Shown here piece after piece: positions 47,875-57,767 of a stretch of 64,000 nt of DNA. Source of the stretch: Porticoccaceae bacterium. Lineage in GTDB: Bacteria > Pseudomonadota > Gammaproteobacteria > Pseudomonadales > Porticoccaceae. How positions within the stretch are numbered: the first letter of the stretch is position 1; each line of letters opens with the position of its first letter. A program made the position numbers and the translations under genes. The notes under the pieces were generated by a model. The model searched no databases. It saw nothing but the letters and a program-made list of their open reading frames with translations, and was not told where the DNA came from. The stretch is from the NCBI GenBank assembly GCA_029268475.1, contig JAQWNR010000022.1, positions 29,882 to 93,881 on the forward strand, given 5' to 3'.

Positions 47875-49251
47875 TCAATTGTTCTTTAGCTCAGTAAAGT
47901 AGGCCGCTGCAGCTAGATTTACTTTGGGCGCTAAATATAAAGCAGAAATCATTGTTGGAATCGCCATCGTAGCGTAACTGGCGAGGATCAAACCATTGAC
48001 AATATCCATAGACACCACAGCACCACCAACCAACAAAGCGAGATAAACAGGGGTATACCAATATTGTCGTTTCGCACCAAACAAAAAACCCATCGCTTTA
48101 ACACCATAAAACCACATAGTGACCATGGTGCTAAAACTCAGCAGCCCCACCATCACCAACAATAAATAAATGCCGGTGACAGGAAAAACTTGTTCAATGG
48201 CGCGCGCAGTCAAGGTTACTCCGGCAACACCCACCTCAGTTTGCCACACACCGGTTAGCAGAATAATCAGTGCCGTGCAGGTGCAAACTAAAAGGGTATC
48301 TACTACGGGGCCAACCATGGCAACAATACCCTCTCGGATCGGCTGCGCTGTTTTCGCCGCACCATGTGCCATCGATTCAGTGCCAATACCAGCCTCATTA
48401 GAAAAAGCACCACGACGCACTCCAATAAGAATCACCGCTCCTATCGATCCGCCCGCGGCCGCCTCACCTGTATAAGCGTCGGTGACAATCAGTAGCAGAG
48501 TGGCAGGAATTTGATCGATAAAGTGCAATAACACTGTTGCCGTTATCACCAGATACAGCACCACCATGGAGGGAACCAAACGCACCGTCAGCCGCCCAAT
48601 ACGCTCGATACGGCCAATGACAACCATAGCCACTAGTGACGCCACGATTAGGCTAGCGATCAGATCAAAGTTAAAATGCTGCTCAGTTGTCGCCCAACCG
48701 GCCGGTATGGCAACGACATCACGTAACAACTGAATAAATTGGTTGGCTTGAAAGATAGGTAGGGCACCAAGCAAACAGGCCACCGCAAACAGGGCAGCCA
48801 ATGGATACCAACGCTTACCCATGCCCTCCATAATAACGTACATCGGACCGCCTTGAACCACGCCCTCGGAGTCATAACCGCGATACATTACCGCCAGTGA
48901 AGCGGTATAAAATTTCGTCGCAACACCGACAATAGCGGTGACCCACATCCAAAATACAGCGCCCGGCCCACCAATGCCGATGGCAATGGCAACACCAGCG
49001 ATATTGCCCAGACCCAATGTGCCAGATAGCGCAGTTGCCAGAGCCTGAGAATGGGGGATATGCCCGGGGTCATTGGAGTCGCTAAATCGTCCACTTAGCA
49101 GAGCAATCGCATGACCAAAATATCGATAGGGCCGGAAGCGCGAATAGACTAAAAAAAACAGCCCGCCACCAACAAGTAGCACCACCAAAGGCGTGCTCCA
49201 CATTATATCGGCCCATGCATTAAAAAAATCTTCGAGTTGTTGCAAGCTCAT
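47875..49251 (-). CDS. Alanine/glycine:cation symporter (AGCS family), copy 2
   Basis: 458 aa with SQALATALSGTLGLGNIAGVAIAI and GGPGAVFWMW. It is a paralog of the 11384-12814 gene. Confidence 0.85.
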   Translation of the reverse strand: MSLQQLEDFFNAWADIMWSTPLVVLLVGGGLFFLVYSRFRPYRYFGHAIALLSGRFSDSNDPGHIPHSQALATALSGTLGLGNIAGVAIAIGIGGPGAVFWMWVTAIVGVATKFYTASLAVMYRGYDSEGVVQGGPMYVIMEGMGKRWYPLAALFAVACLLGALPIFQANQFIQLLRDVVAIPAGWATTEQHFNFDLIASLIVASLVAMVVIGRIERIGRLTVRLVPSMVVLYLVITATVLLHFIDQIPATLLLIVTDAYTGEAAAGGSIGAVILIGVRRGAFSNEAGIGTESMAHGAAKTAQPIREGIVAMVGPVVDTLLVCTCTALIILLTGVWQTEVGVAGVTLTARAIEQVFPVTGIYLLLVMVGLLSFSTMVTMWFYGVKAMGFLFGAKRQYWYTPVYLALLVGGAVVSMDIVNGLILASYATMAIPTMISALYLAPKVNLAAAAYFTELKNN

Positions 49252-49288
49252 ATTGGCGTCTTATTATTTTATTTTAATTCCGCAGCCA

Positions 49289-49696
49289 TCAAGCTTTCGG
49301 TTTCACATACAGTACCAAACTATGGCCAACCAATTCGTAGCCTTTCTGATTGACTAAGGTTTCTTGGATTTTCTCAATTTGCTCGTTATGGAACTCAATA
49401 ACTGCCCCGGTCTCAGTACACACCATATGGTCATGATGCTCACCACGATCAAGCTCATACACTGCGGGGCCATTGTCAAAATTATGTCTTTCAATCAGGC
49501 CCGCTACTTCGAACTGAGTGAGGACTCGATATACCGTCGCTATACCGACATCCTCATCAGCATCGCGTAACAGCTGATAGATATCTTCAGCAGTCATATG
49601 GCGGTCAGGACTGTTTTCCAATATCTGCAGTATCTTAACTCGCGGTAACGTAACCTTAAGTCCAACTTTTTTTAGCTCCTGATCTTCTGTAGACAT
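49289..49696 (-). CDS. fur: Ferric uptake regulator
   Basis: It has LKKVGLKVTLPRVKILQIL, HHDHMVC and HSLVLY. The start is preferred at MSTEDQELKK (49696). Confidence 0.93.
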   Translation of the reverse strand: MSTEDQELKKVGLKVTLPRVKILQILENSPDRHMTAEDIYQLLRDADEDVGIATVYRVLTQFEVAGLIERHNFDNGPAVYELDRGEHHDHMVCTETGAVIEFHNEQIEKIQETLVNQKGYELVGHSLVLYVKPKA

Positions 49697-49711
49697 GCTT
49701 ACCCCTTCTTT

Positions 49712-49730
49712 AAATGTCAATCATTCGGTA
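49712..49730. promoter_or_regulatory. Possible Fur box in the fur/bamE divergent promoter region
   Basis: aaatgtcaatcattcggta includes AATGTCAATCATTCGG, about 12 of 16 matches to AATGATAATCATTATC by eye. Confidence 0.3.
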
Positions 49731-49766
49731 TTATCCCCGTTCGCGCAACTAACTGGAAGCCCACTG

Positions 49767-50120
49767 ATGCGATTAACCATTATCTACTTGATCACTTTTA
49801 CCCTAATGTCTGCCGGTTGCAGTTGGCTCAAATTCCCTGGCGTACACAAAGTCGACGTTCAACAGGGTAATATCGTCGATCAAGAAATGATCGATAAGTT
49901 GCGCCCCGGTATGAGTATGGCTCAAGTGCAATTTGTACTCGGCACGCCACTGCTGATCGACACATTTAATCAAAAGCGCTGGGATTATTTTTACAGTCGC
50001 AACTCATCTGCTGGGATCCAAACTGAAGAGCGGGTCACCATTTACTTTGACGCCGAAGGCAATCTGACCCGCATGACTGGCGATTACCTACCGAGCTCAG
50101 CAAATACTGAAGCCCCCTAA
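49767..50120 (+). CDS. bamE: Outer-membrane protein assembly factor BamE (OmlA/SmpA)
   Basis: It has lipobox LMSAGC and VDVQQGNIVDQEMIDKLRPGMSMAQVQFVLGTPL. It is divergent from fur, as omlA-fur is in Pseudomonas. The start is trimmed to ATG 49767. Confidence 0.9.
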   Translation: MRLTIIYLITFTLMSAGCSWLKFPGVHKVDVQQGNIVDQEMIDKLRPGMSMAQVQFVLGTPLLIDTFNQKRWDYFYSRNSSAGIQTEERVTIYFDAEGNLTRMTGDYLPSSANTEAP

Positions 50121-50146
50121 CTCAAGCCCGAATACAGGCATTGCCG

Positions 50147-50470
50147 TTAAGTCTGCGCTCGCTTGGCCTTAGCCTCTGCAGCGCGACGTCGACGCACCTC
50201 TTTTGGGTCGGCAATCAGCGGACGATAGATCTCTACGCGATCCATAGATTGCAGCTGGTACTGCGCTGGCTCACTCAAGCCTTTTGTGCCTAAAACCTGC
50301 GAAAAAACGCCCATGTTGTCGCTATTCGCGTCGATCTCCGGGAAAGACTCTAATATTCCAGACATCTTTACTGCCTCCAAAGCGGTGGTTCCCGGTGCCA
50401 CAGATAAGGTTTTTAGTACCTGTTTTTGCGGTAGCGCATAGGCAACCTCGACAGTTATCAATTCAGTCAT
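50147..50470 (-). CDS. rnfH: RnfH-family ubiquitin-like protein (RatB/YfjF)
   Basis: ITVEVAYALPQKQ...DRVEIYRPLIADPKEVRRRRA matches RnfH. An ATGACTGA overlap joins it to the ratA stop. Confidence 0.85.
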   Translation of the reverse strand: MTELITVEVAYALPQKQVLKTLSVAPGTTALEAVKMSGILESFPEIDANSDNMGVFSQVLGTKGLSEPAQYQLQSMDRVEIYRPLIADPKEVRRRRAAEAKAKRAQT

Positions 50471-50909
50471 TATTTGACTCCAAAAGAATTTTATCGGCCC
50501 GCTGACACAGCGAGTCAACCAAATTATTCGCCACTCCGGCAAACAGTGTCGAACCAGCCAAGCCAAGGCCGGTGCGACTAAACTCAAATTCTAAATGCAA
50601 AGAGACCTTGCAAGCATTATCGGCTAGCGGCTTGAATAACCATAGCCCTTTAAACATTTTAAATGGGCCATCCTGTAGCTGCATCTCAATTTGATGCGGT
50701 GCATCCAAACTGTTACGAGTGACAAAACTAATCTGTACACCGGCCTTCTTTAAGTCCAACCTCGCCAGCATACTGTGATCATTGTGTTCGAAAATCTCCA
50801 CCCCAGCGCAACCATCCATAAACTGTGGATAGCTAGCGACATCGTTAACTAAGTCATACATAGCCTGTGCAGAGTGCATGACCAGCGCTGAGCGAGAAAT
50901 TTCCGCCAT
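50463..50909 (-). CDS. ratA: SRPBCC/COQ10-like protein RatA (YfjG)
   Basis: MAEISRSALVMHSAQAMYDLVNDVASYPQFMDGC aligns by eye with the E. coli RatA N-terminus. Confidence 0.85.
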   Translation of the reverse strand: MAEISRSALVMHSAQAMYDLVNDVASYPQFMDGCAGVEIFEHNDHSMLARLDLKKAGVQISFVTRNSLDAPHQIEMQLQDGPFKMFKGLWLFKPLADNACKVSLHLEFEFSRTGLGLAGSTLFAGVANNLVDSLCQRADKILLESNND

Positions 50910-50921
50910 GACCACTAATAC

Positions 50922-52295
50922 CTAGGACAAGAATTTATCGTAAATACCCATAACAAAAACCGCCGCGATAGCCACTGGCGCTATATAGCGCACAGTGAAA
51001 AACCAAAGTGTGCTAACCGTAGACGATGTACCCTCTAATTGCGCTTCGACCATTTGCTTATTCATCACATAGCCAACAAACAATGCGATCATCAATCCCG
51101 ATATCGGCAACATTATATTGGCCGTCAGAAAATCGAGAAAATCAAAAAAGGTGAAACCTGCTAAACGGTATTCAGACCAGATATTGAATGAGAAAACCGA
51201 TCCCAACCCGAGCAACCAAGCGCAACCCGCAAGCATCAGATTAGCTTTAATTCGACCCAGATTTTTGATCTCAATTAACCAAGCAACACAGGGCTCCAAT
51301 AGCGATATTGCTGAACTCCAAGCCGCAATAGACACCAAAACAAAAAAAATTGAGCCAATTAATACACCACCAGGCATAGCGCCAAAGGCAACTGGCAAAC
51401 TAATAAACATCAGTCCAGGACCAGCACTAGGTTCTATTCCCTGGGTAGCAAATACAAAGGAGAATATGATCAGACCAGAGATAATGGCCACAGCACTATC
51501 AAAGAACGCCACCACTAAAATGGTTTTGCCTATATTAGCCTTCTGAGGCATATAGGCACCGTAAGCCATAATAGCGCCCATACCGATACTCAGTGTAAAG
51601 AATGCTTGCCCCATAGCTTCCAGCACACCGCGCCAACTTAGTGCTGCAATATCAAAATCAAATAAGAAAGACCAAGCCGCAACAAAGTTCCCCTTTAAAA
51701 CAGAGAAGCCAAGCAATACCAGCATCATAACGAACAGTAGCGGCATTAAAATCTCTACCGCAACGCCCAAACCTTTTTTAACGCCACCGACCACTACACC
51801 GACACAGAGCAATATAAAAATGGTTTGCCACAGTATTAGGCGACTCGGGTCAGCGAGTAGACTGTCAAATACCGCTCCCGCGGATGCCCCATTGACGCCA
51901 ATCAGACGTCCCGAAGCCACCTCAAAGATATAGTCCAGTGCCCACCCGGCAATCACCGCGTAAAAGGATAAGATTAGCATGCCCGCAATAACACCTAACC
52001 AACCCAGATAGCCCCAGCGCGAATCAGCACCGCTCTCTTGAACTGCATCGCGCACCGAGTTGATCGGGCTCTTGCGCCCATGACGCCCAATCATGACTTC
52101 CGCCATCATTACCGGTACACCGACTAGCAGGATGCAAATCAGATAGGTTAATACAAAGGCGCCGCCCCCATTACTTCCCGCAACATAGGGAAACTTCCAC
52201 ATATTACCGAGACCCACCGCAGATCCCGTGGCCGCCATAATAAATGTCCAACGACTAGCCCAAGCGCCATGCATACCTTTTTGTTGTAATGCCAT
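50922..52295 (-). CDS. Sodium-dependent transporter, neurotransmitter:sodium symporter (SNF) family
   Basis: It has the WASRWTFIMAATGSAVGLGNMWKFPY signature and about 11-12 TM segments. The start is preferred at MALQQKG (52295), which is preceded by GGAG. Confidence 0.88.
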   Translation of the reverse strand: MALQQKGMHGAWASRWTFIMAATGSAVGLGNMWKFPYVAGSNGGGAFVLTYLICILLVGVPVMMAEVMIGRHGRKSPINSVRDAVQESGADSRWGYLGWLGVIAGMLILSFYAVIAGWALDYIFEVASGRLIGVNGASAGAVFDSLLADPSRLILWQTIFILLCVGVVVGGVKKGLGVAVEILMPLLFVMMLVLLGFSVLKGNFVAAWSFLFDFDIAALSWRGVLEAMGQAFFTLSIGMGAIMAYGAYMPQKANIGKTILVVAFFDSAVAIISGLIIFSFVFATQGIEPSAGPGLMFISLPVAFGAMPGGVLIGSIFFVLVSIAAWSSAISLLEPCVAWLIEIKNLGRIKANLMLAGCAWLLGLGSVFSFNIWSEYRLAGFTFFDFLDFLTANIMLPISGLMIALFVGYVMNKQMVEAQLEGTSSTVSTLWFFTVRYIAPVAIAAVFVMGIYDKFLS

Positions 52296-52396
52296 AATTA
52301 ACTCCATGTTGTTATGATCTAGTAGTAGAATTGTAACCTACATCAGCATAGTAGCGAATAAACTCTCCTAATAAGCGGATTGTTTTTGAATATAAA

Positions 52397-52424
52397 ATGA
52401 CAATGCCAACTGCCCACGTATAAT
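52397..52424 (+). promoter_or_regulatory. Sigma70-like promoter ATGACA-N16-TATAAT ending 6 nt before the smpB ATG
   Basis: Read directly, with the -10 at 52419-52424 and the ATG at 52431. There is no purine-rich SD in between (ccgccc). Confidence 0.4.
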
Positions 52425-52430
52425 CCGCCC

Positions 52431-52904
52431 ATGAGTAAAAAGAAACCCAAGCAACAATCCGGCACAATTGCCCTCAATCGCAAGGTCAAACATGATTATT
52501 TTATCGAAGAGACCTTTGAGGCCGGTGTGGCGCTATTAGGTTGGGAAGTGAAAAGTCTTAGAGAAAGTAGAGTCAATCTAACCGACACCTACGTGTTTAT
52601 AAAAAATGGTGAGGCGTTTTTAATTGGTACCAACATCACACCCCTACCGGCAGCCTCAACGCATTATGTCACCGAGCCTACGCGCACCAGAAAACTACTA
52701 CTCAACAAGCGGGAATTACAAAAACTCGAAGACGGAGTTAATCAAAAAGGTCATACCTGCGTATGCACCGCCCTTTACTGGAAAGGTCATCTAATTAAAT
52801 GTGAGATTGCACTCGCCAAAGGCAAGGTCTCTTATGATAAACGCATGGACGATAAAGAGCGTGACTGGAATCGCCAGAAGCAGCGTTTAATGCGTCATCG
52901 TTAA
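52431..52904 (+). CDS. smpB: SsrA-binding protein
   Basis: 157 aa. [34 protein letters not shown] aligns from residue 1 with E. coli SmpB. Confidence 0.95.
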   Translation: MSKKKPKQQSGTIALNRKVKHDYFIEETFEAGVALLGWEVKSLRESRVNLTDTYVFIKNGEAFLIGTNITPLPAASTHYVTEPTRTRKLLLNKRELQKLEDGVNQKGHTCVCTALYWKGHLIKCEIALAKGKVSYDKRMDDKERDWNRQKQRLMRHR

Positions 52905-52967
52905 GCAGACTGGCATCATTGCTATGAACACAGATGCTAATTACCCCTCACCAAAAGTCGTAGCCCT

Positions 52968-53729
52968 ATGCCACTGAAACCACCATCATTTGCCGGCAAC
53001 TTGAGCGGACCAGCACTACTTTTTCAGGGTGCACGGCTTCTCTGGCATCCGCGTGTTCGCTGGTTGGTACTGACCCCCTTATTGATTAATATCCTGCTAT
53101 TTTCATCGCTCACATGGCTAGTCGGCCAATGGCTGACAGATTGGCTGCAAACAATGATGACCCATATTCCAGATTGGCTGCACTGGCTAATATGGCTTAT
53201 TTGGCTGCTATTTATGGTATTGGCTCTGGTTATTTACGCCTTCAGCTTTACCCTACTGGCCAATCTTATTGGTTCACCATTTTATGGTTTGCTCGCGGAA
53301 CGAATTTTATCTATGGAGCGCGGTGATACCAACGATCAACCAACCACCGCATTACTGCAAACTGCATGGCAGAGCTTTTTACGCCAACTGCAACTACTCG
53401 GCTATTTTGTACCGCGCACTATTGGTATTGGGCTGCTGACAATAGTGATTAGTTTTATTCCTGCACTCAATCTACTGGCACCACTAATGGCCGCAGCTTG
53501 GGCTGCTTGGTCGCTATCAATTCAATATCTCGACTACGGCGCTGATATTGACCAAGTGGAGTTCAAGCATCTAGTGAAACGTGGTCGCGATAACCGGTGG
53601 CAGGGAATAAGTTTTGGCCTCACTGTGTTAATGGCCTCAGCAATACCGCTGTTAAATATATTAGTACTGCCTGCAGCGGTTATTGGGGGAACGCTGTTAT
53701 GGAACAGAGCATATAAGACTACAGACTAG
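52968..53729 (+). CDS. cysZ: Sulfate transporter CysZ
   Basis: 253 aa four-TM protein with the CysZ-like N-terminus G..LLFQGARLLWHPRVRWLVLTPLLIN and the LDYGAD context. Confidence 0.8.
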   Translation: MPLKPPSFAGNLSGPALLFQGARLLWHPRVRWLVLTPLLINILLFSSLTWLVGQWLTDWLQTMMTHIPDWLHWLIWLIWLLFMVLALVIYAFSFTLLANLIGSPFYGLLAERILSMERGDTNDQPTTALLQTAWQSFLRQLQLLGYFVPRTIGIGLLTIVISFIPALNLLAPLMAAAWAAWSLSIQYLDYGADIDQVEFKHLVKRGRDNRWQGISFGLTVLMASAIPLLNILVLPAAVIGGTLLWNRAYKTTD

Positions 53730-53757
53730 CGTCGTCTATTATCTCGCTAGCTTTGGG

Positions 53758-55230
53758 TTACTGCTCTGTTGGAGGCTCTTCTTTGGCTGAGGGCTCTTCT
53801 TTGGCTGAGGGCTCTTTCTTCGCTGAGGGCTCTTTATTGACTGAGGGCTCTTTCTTCGCTGCCGCTGTTGCCGAGGGAGCTTCCTTTAATAGATGCTCCT
53901 CCGGCATGGTGCACGGTAATTTCATATCAAGTAGTTTTTCGATAGGCTCGAGTAAAAAAGCATCATCTTCACAGGCAAAACTGATTGAGGTGCCGGTCTT
54001 GCCGGCGCGACCTGTACGCCCGATACGGTGAACATAGTCCTCAGGTTCTTCCGGCAAAGTATAATTAATCACATGACTGATACCATCGACATGAATGCCA
54101 CGCCCGGCAACATCCGTGGCCACCATAACTTTTAATGAACCAGACTTAAATGAATCTAGCGCTCGCATACGCTTATTCTGCGGTACATCACCAGATAATA
54201 GACCCACTTTAAAACCCTTCTTTCTAAGCTTCTCATGCAAAGTCCGGCAGATATCTCGGCGGTTGGCAAAGACCATCACGCTATCAACATCGTCATTCAC
54301 CAGAAGGTTATTGAGTAGGGCAAATTTTTCACCAGCAGTGGTGATATAAATCTTCTGATCTACGGTGTCGGTTGCTACTCGTTCGGCGCCAATCTCAACC
54401 GTCACTGGATTATCAGTCCAAGTTTCAGACAGTCTTAAAATTTCCGGTGTAAAGGTCGCTGAAAAAAGTAATGTCTGTCGCTCTTCACGCTTTGGTGTCA
54501 AACGCACAAGGCGACGCACCTGCGGAATAAAGCCCATATCTAACATACGGTCAGCTTCATCGATAACCAATATCTCGACCTGATCTAGATAGATATCGCG
54601 ATTATTAGCAAAGTCCAATAATCTGCCCGGCGTGCCAACCAAAATGTCGCAGTGGTGTTTTTCTACCTTTTGCAGTTGCCTACCATAATCCATGCCACCC
54701 ACCAGACAGTGGACTTTTAGATCAGTGTGCTTAACTAAACGCGTCGCATCATCAGCGATTTGGATCGCCAACTCGCGCGTTGGCGCCATAATTAAGGCGC
54801 GTGCCTCACCCATATAGCGATCGCCATCAATCGGGTGTTTTATCAAGTCGGTAATAGTATTAACCAGAAACGCCGCCGTTTTACCGGTACCGGTTTGTGC
54901 CTTACCGACAATATCGTGGCCGTGCAAGGTATGTGGTAACGAGGATGCTTGAATCGGTGTGCAATATTCAAAACCGGCATCCTGAATACCATGCATTAAG
55001 GACGCAGGTAAATCAAAATCATGAAACCGCGTTTTTCCCTCTACTGGCTCAACCACAAACGTCGAAATATCCCAGTGATTATTGCCTCGACCACCACGAC
55101 CGGCACCTCTTCTACGACGGGGAGATTTCGCTTTCTCACTCGTCGTTTTAGCGGCTTGGCTCTCGGGAGAGGGTGCTATATCAGGTGTAGAATCAGTGTC
55201 AGTCAAAGTAATCGCCACAGTAATTTTCAC
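53758..55230 (-). CDS. DEAD-box ATP-dependent RNA helicase (RhlB-like) with RGG-rich N-terminus and repeat tail
   Basis: It has the Q-motif F..F.L...[19 protein letters not shown] (VIDEADRM), SAT and [10 protein letters not shown]. The tail reads [28 protein letters not shown]. Confidence 0.9.
   Translation of the reverse strand: MKITVAITLTDTDSTPDIAPSPESQAAKTTSEKAKSPRRRRGAGRGGRGNNHWDISTFVVEPVEGKTRFHDFDLPASLMHGIQDAGFEYCTPIQASSLPHTLHGHDIVGKAQTGTGKTAAFLVNTITDLIKHPIDGDRYMGEARALIMAPTRELAIQIADDATRLVKHTDLKVHCLVGGMDYGRQLQKVEKHHCDILVGTPGRLLDFANNRDIYLDQVEILVIDEADRMLDMGFIPQVRRLVRLTPKREERQTLLFSATFTPEILRLSETWTDNPVTVEIGAERVATDTVDQKIYITTAGEKFALLNNLLVNDDVDSVMVFANRRDICRTLHEKLRKKGFKVGLLSGDVPQNKRMRALDSFKSGSLKVMVATDVAGRGIHVDGISHVINYTLPEEPEDYVHRIGRTGRAGKTGTSISFACEDDAFLLEPIEKLLDMKLPCTMPEEHLLKEAPSATAAAKKEPSVNKEPSAKKEPSAKEEPSAKEEPPTEQ
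53771..53860 (-). repeat. Five tandem 18-bp units within the 3' end of the helicase gene
   Basis: Read directly as ggaggctcttctttggct / gagggctcttctttggct / gagggctctttcttcgct / gagggctctttattgact / gagggctctttcttcgct. They encode (K/E)EPSAK hexapeptides. Confidence 0.9.
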
Positions 55231-55526
55231 AATTTAATGGTTTACAGCTCGCAATAGCTAAAGCGCCTTACCACGAAAGGCGCGGAGTGTAGCAGAATTG
55301 CCGGTAAACCGCTCGAAAGTTTAGTAGTACGCAAATGGTGCTATCACTGGACTACAGTCGAAAGAACAGGGGATAGCCTGACTATAAGCTTTGCAGTTAT
55401 ACCCTACAGCTCATAAATGGATTGATTGCCTAGCCCAACACTGCGCGATCATAACGGAGACTAAATTTCTCTTTCTTTGCTGCCAACATTAACCGAAAAT
55501 GGCACGATCTAAATATCGAAGCCATC

Positions 55527-56903
55527 ATGATTTCAACACCCAAGAATGCCTCAACCTTTATAGAGGATGCCAACCATCTCTTGCGCCTCGCCGGACCATT
55601 AATGCTCGGTCAAATTGCTGTGGTTGGAATGACCGTGACCGATATCTATATGGCTGGCCAAGTCAGTGCAAACGACTTAGCGGCTCTGCAGCTAGGGGGC
55701 AGTATTTGGGCGATGATCAGCCTGCTGGTGATTGGCATTATGATTGGTAACAGTCCGATTATTGGTCACTTTTGGGGCGCCAACCAGCTAGATAAAGTGC
55801 GCTTCCAATTTCAGCAGGGACTATGGTTATCGCTGCCCATGGGAGCAGCGGTCTGTGGCGCGATATTATTAGGTGTGGCCCTGCTGGCACAGCTCGATAT
55901 TTCTGCTGAAGTCTACCGCATTGCTCGAGGCTATTTGCTGCCCTACCTTATTACCGGATTTATGTTCCCTGCTTTCTTTTCCTTCCGCGCAACCTATGAG
56001 GGCATGGGGGATATCAGACCGGTCATGGTTTTTAACTGCCTCGCTTTCGTGCTCAATGCTATTCTCGATTACATACTGGTGTTTGGTCATCTAGGCTTTC
56101 CCGCGATGGGAGGTATCGGCGCGGCCTGGGCCACCACCGTTGTGATGTTTTTTCTACTACTGGCCATGGTGCTCTACGGTGTCAAAGCAAAAAATATTAA
56201 GCGACTAAAACTGTACCAACAGTTCTCGGCGCCCAATACTGGCGCTATCGCTGGCATATTGCGACTCGGTATTCCAATATCCCTGACTATCGCGGCAGAA
56301 ATCGGTTTCTTTGCAATTATCCCCATGCTTATCGCCCATTTGGGCGCCAATGTTCTCGGTGCTCATGCCATCACTAATAATCTGGATTCTCTGGCTTATA
56401 TGATTCCCCTAGGTATCGGTCAGGCATTAACCATCAAAGTCTCCCATGCTCAAGGGCGTATGGATCCATTAGCGGCACGACAAATCTGCGTCACTGGATT
56501 TAAGCTGGTATTTTTATTGGCTCTGGTTTTAGGCAGTATAAAAATATTATTGCGTTATGACTTTGCCGCGATTTTCAGTCCTGTCGCCGAAGTGCAGGTG
56601 ATCGCCGCCAGCCTGTTCTTTTTCTCTGCGGCCCTAGGTTGTTTTGATTCATTACAGATGTCCTGCAGTGGCGCGCTTCGCGGTTACAAAGATGCCCGAG
56701 GACCACTGATTATCCAAGTGATCTCATTCTGGGTGATTGCCTTCCCGATTGCCTATAGTTTGGCACTAACCGATTTTTGGGGTGAACCGATGGGCGTCTA
56801 TGGGTTTTGGGCTGGACTGGTTATTGCGTCCTCGATCGCCAGTCTATCAATGCTTTACCGCTGGAATTTGGTGTCCAAAGCCAAGATTGCTGTAGCCGCC
56901 TAA
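55527..56903 (+). CDS. MATE-family multidrug efflux transporter (NorM-like)
   Basis: 458 aa with 12 TM segments. The N-terminus LLRLAGPLMLGQIAVVGMTVTDIYMAG is typical of MATE transporters. Confidence 0.88.
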   Translation: MISTPKNASTFIEDANHLLRLAGPLMLGQIAVVGMTVTDIYMAGQVSANDLAALQLGGSIWAMISLLVIGIMIGNSPIIGHFWGANQLDKVRFQFQQGLWLSLPMGAAVCGAILLGVALLAQLDISAEVYRIARGYLLPYLITGFMFPAFFSFRATYEGMGDIRPVMVFNCLAFVLNAILDYILVFGHLGFPAMGGIGAAWATTVVMFFLLLAMVLYGVKAKNIKRLKLYQQFSAPNTGAIAGILRLGIPISLTIAAEIGFFAIIPMLIAHLGANVLGAHAITNNLDSLAYMIPLGIGQALTIKVSHAQGRMDPLAARQICVTGFKLVFLLALVLGSIKILLRYDFAAIFSPVAEVQVIAASLFFFSAALGCFDSLQMSCSGALRGYKDARGPLIIQVISFWVIAFPIAYSLALTDFWGEPMGVYGFWAGLVIASSIASLSMLYRWNLVSKAKIAVAA

Positions 56904-56912
56904 TCTAGCCGC

Positions 56913-57767
56913 CTAATAAGATGCCAGCAGACAACCCAAGGTAATGCGGTCCAACTGATTGTAATCGGCATAGGTATTCACAGATTGAAAGCCTGCAGCG
57001 ACAAATAGATCTCTTACTAGCGCGCCCTGATTGTAGCCGTGCTCTACCAGCAACCAACCAGCCTGCTGTAAAAAACCACTGCTCTGCCCTATTATCAGCC
57101 TTAAATCATCTAAGCCATCAACACCAGCGACCAATGCCGAAGCGGGTTCGAAGCGCACATCTCCAGCTAATAGATGACTATCTTCAGCCTCAATATAAGG
57201 TGGATTACTAACAATAAGATCGAATTTATGCGCTGGTTGCGCAGAGGCAAGCGCTGAAAACCAATCACTTTGCAATATACTGACGTTGTTCAGTTGGTGT
57301 AACTGTCGATTATGTTCCGCCAATTCAACTGCTTGGGATTGCACATCCACACCGATAATCTGCCAGTCAGGTCGTTCAGTCGCCAGCGCTAATGCAATCG
57401 CACCAGTGCCCGTACCCAAATCCAACACCTGACTCGCCGCTGGCAATGCCAGTTGCAAGGCTTGTTCAACAATAAGCTCGGTTTCTGGTCGAGGGATCAA
57501 TGTATGGGGTGAGACACAGAGGTTTAGAGTCCAAAACCCTTGGCTGCCAACAATAAAGGCCACTGGCTCACCCCGCAGGCGGCGGCTAAATAGCTGATCA
57601 AACTCAGCTATCTCTGCGTCTTGCAGCTGATGATCAGGCCAGGTTTTCAACCAGGTGCGGTCGACATTTAAACAGTGGCAAAGCAGCAGTTCTGTATCTA
57701 ATAGCGCTGAATCACTGGCTGGCTGTAACTCGGCACTGCGTTGCAGAACAGCGGAGACCGTTGCCAT
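56913..57767 (-). CDS. prmC: Release factor glutamine N5-methyltransferase
   Basis: 284 aa with VLDLGTGTGAIALA and the catalytic motif IVSNPPY. It lies directly downstream of prfA. Confidence 0.93.
   Translation of the reverse strand: MATVSAVLQRSAELQPASDSALLDTELLLCHCLNVDRTWLKTWPDHQLQDAEIAEFDQLFSRRLRGEPVAFIVGSQGFWTLNLCVSPHTLIPRPETELIVEQALQLALPAASQVLDLGTGTGAIALALATERPDWQIIGVDVQSQAVELAEHNRQLHQLNNVSILQSDWFSALASAQPAHKFDLIVSNPPYIEAEDSHLLAGDVRFEPASALVAGVDGLDDLRLIIGQSSGFLQQAGWLLVEHGYNQGALVRDLFVAAGFQSVNTYADYNQLDRITLGCLLASY

Noticed and set aside
50147-50915. RatA/RatB as a toxin-antitoxin or mobile addiction module
   Set aside because: The pair is the conserved chromosomal yfjG-yfjF (SRPBCC/COQ10-like plus RnfH ubiquitin-like) unit, in its usual bamE/smpB neighbourhood. 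Nothing suggests a horizontally acquired TA system.
52905-52967. tmRNA (ssrA) immediately downstream of smpB
   Set aside because: The gap to cysZ is only 63 bp. It has no tRNA-like acceptor/T-arm sequence, and tmRNA is several hundred nt long.
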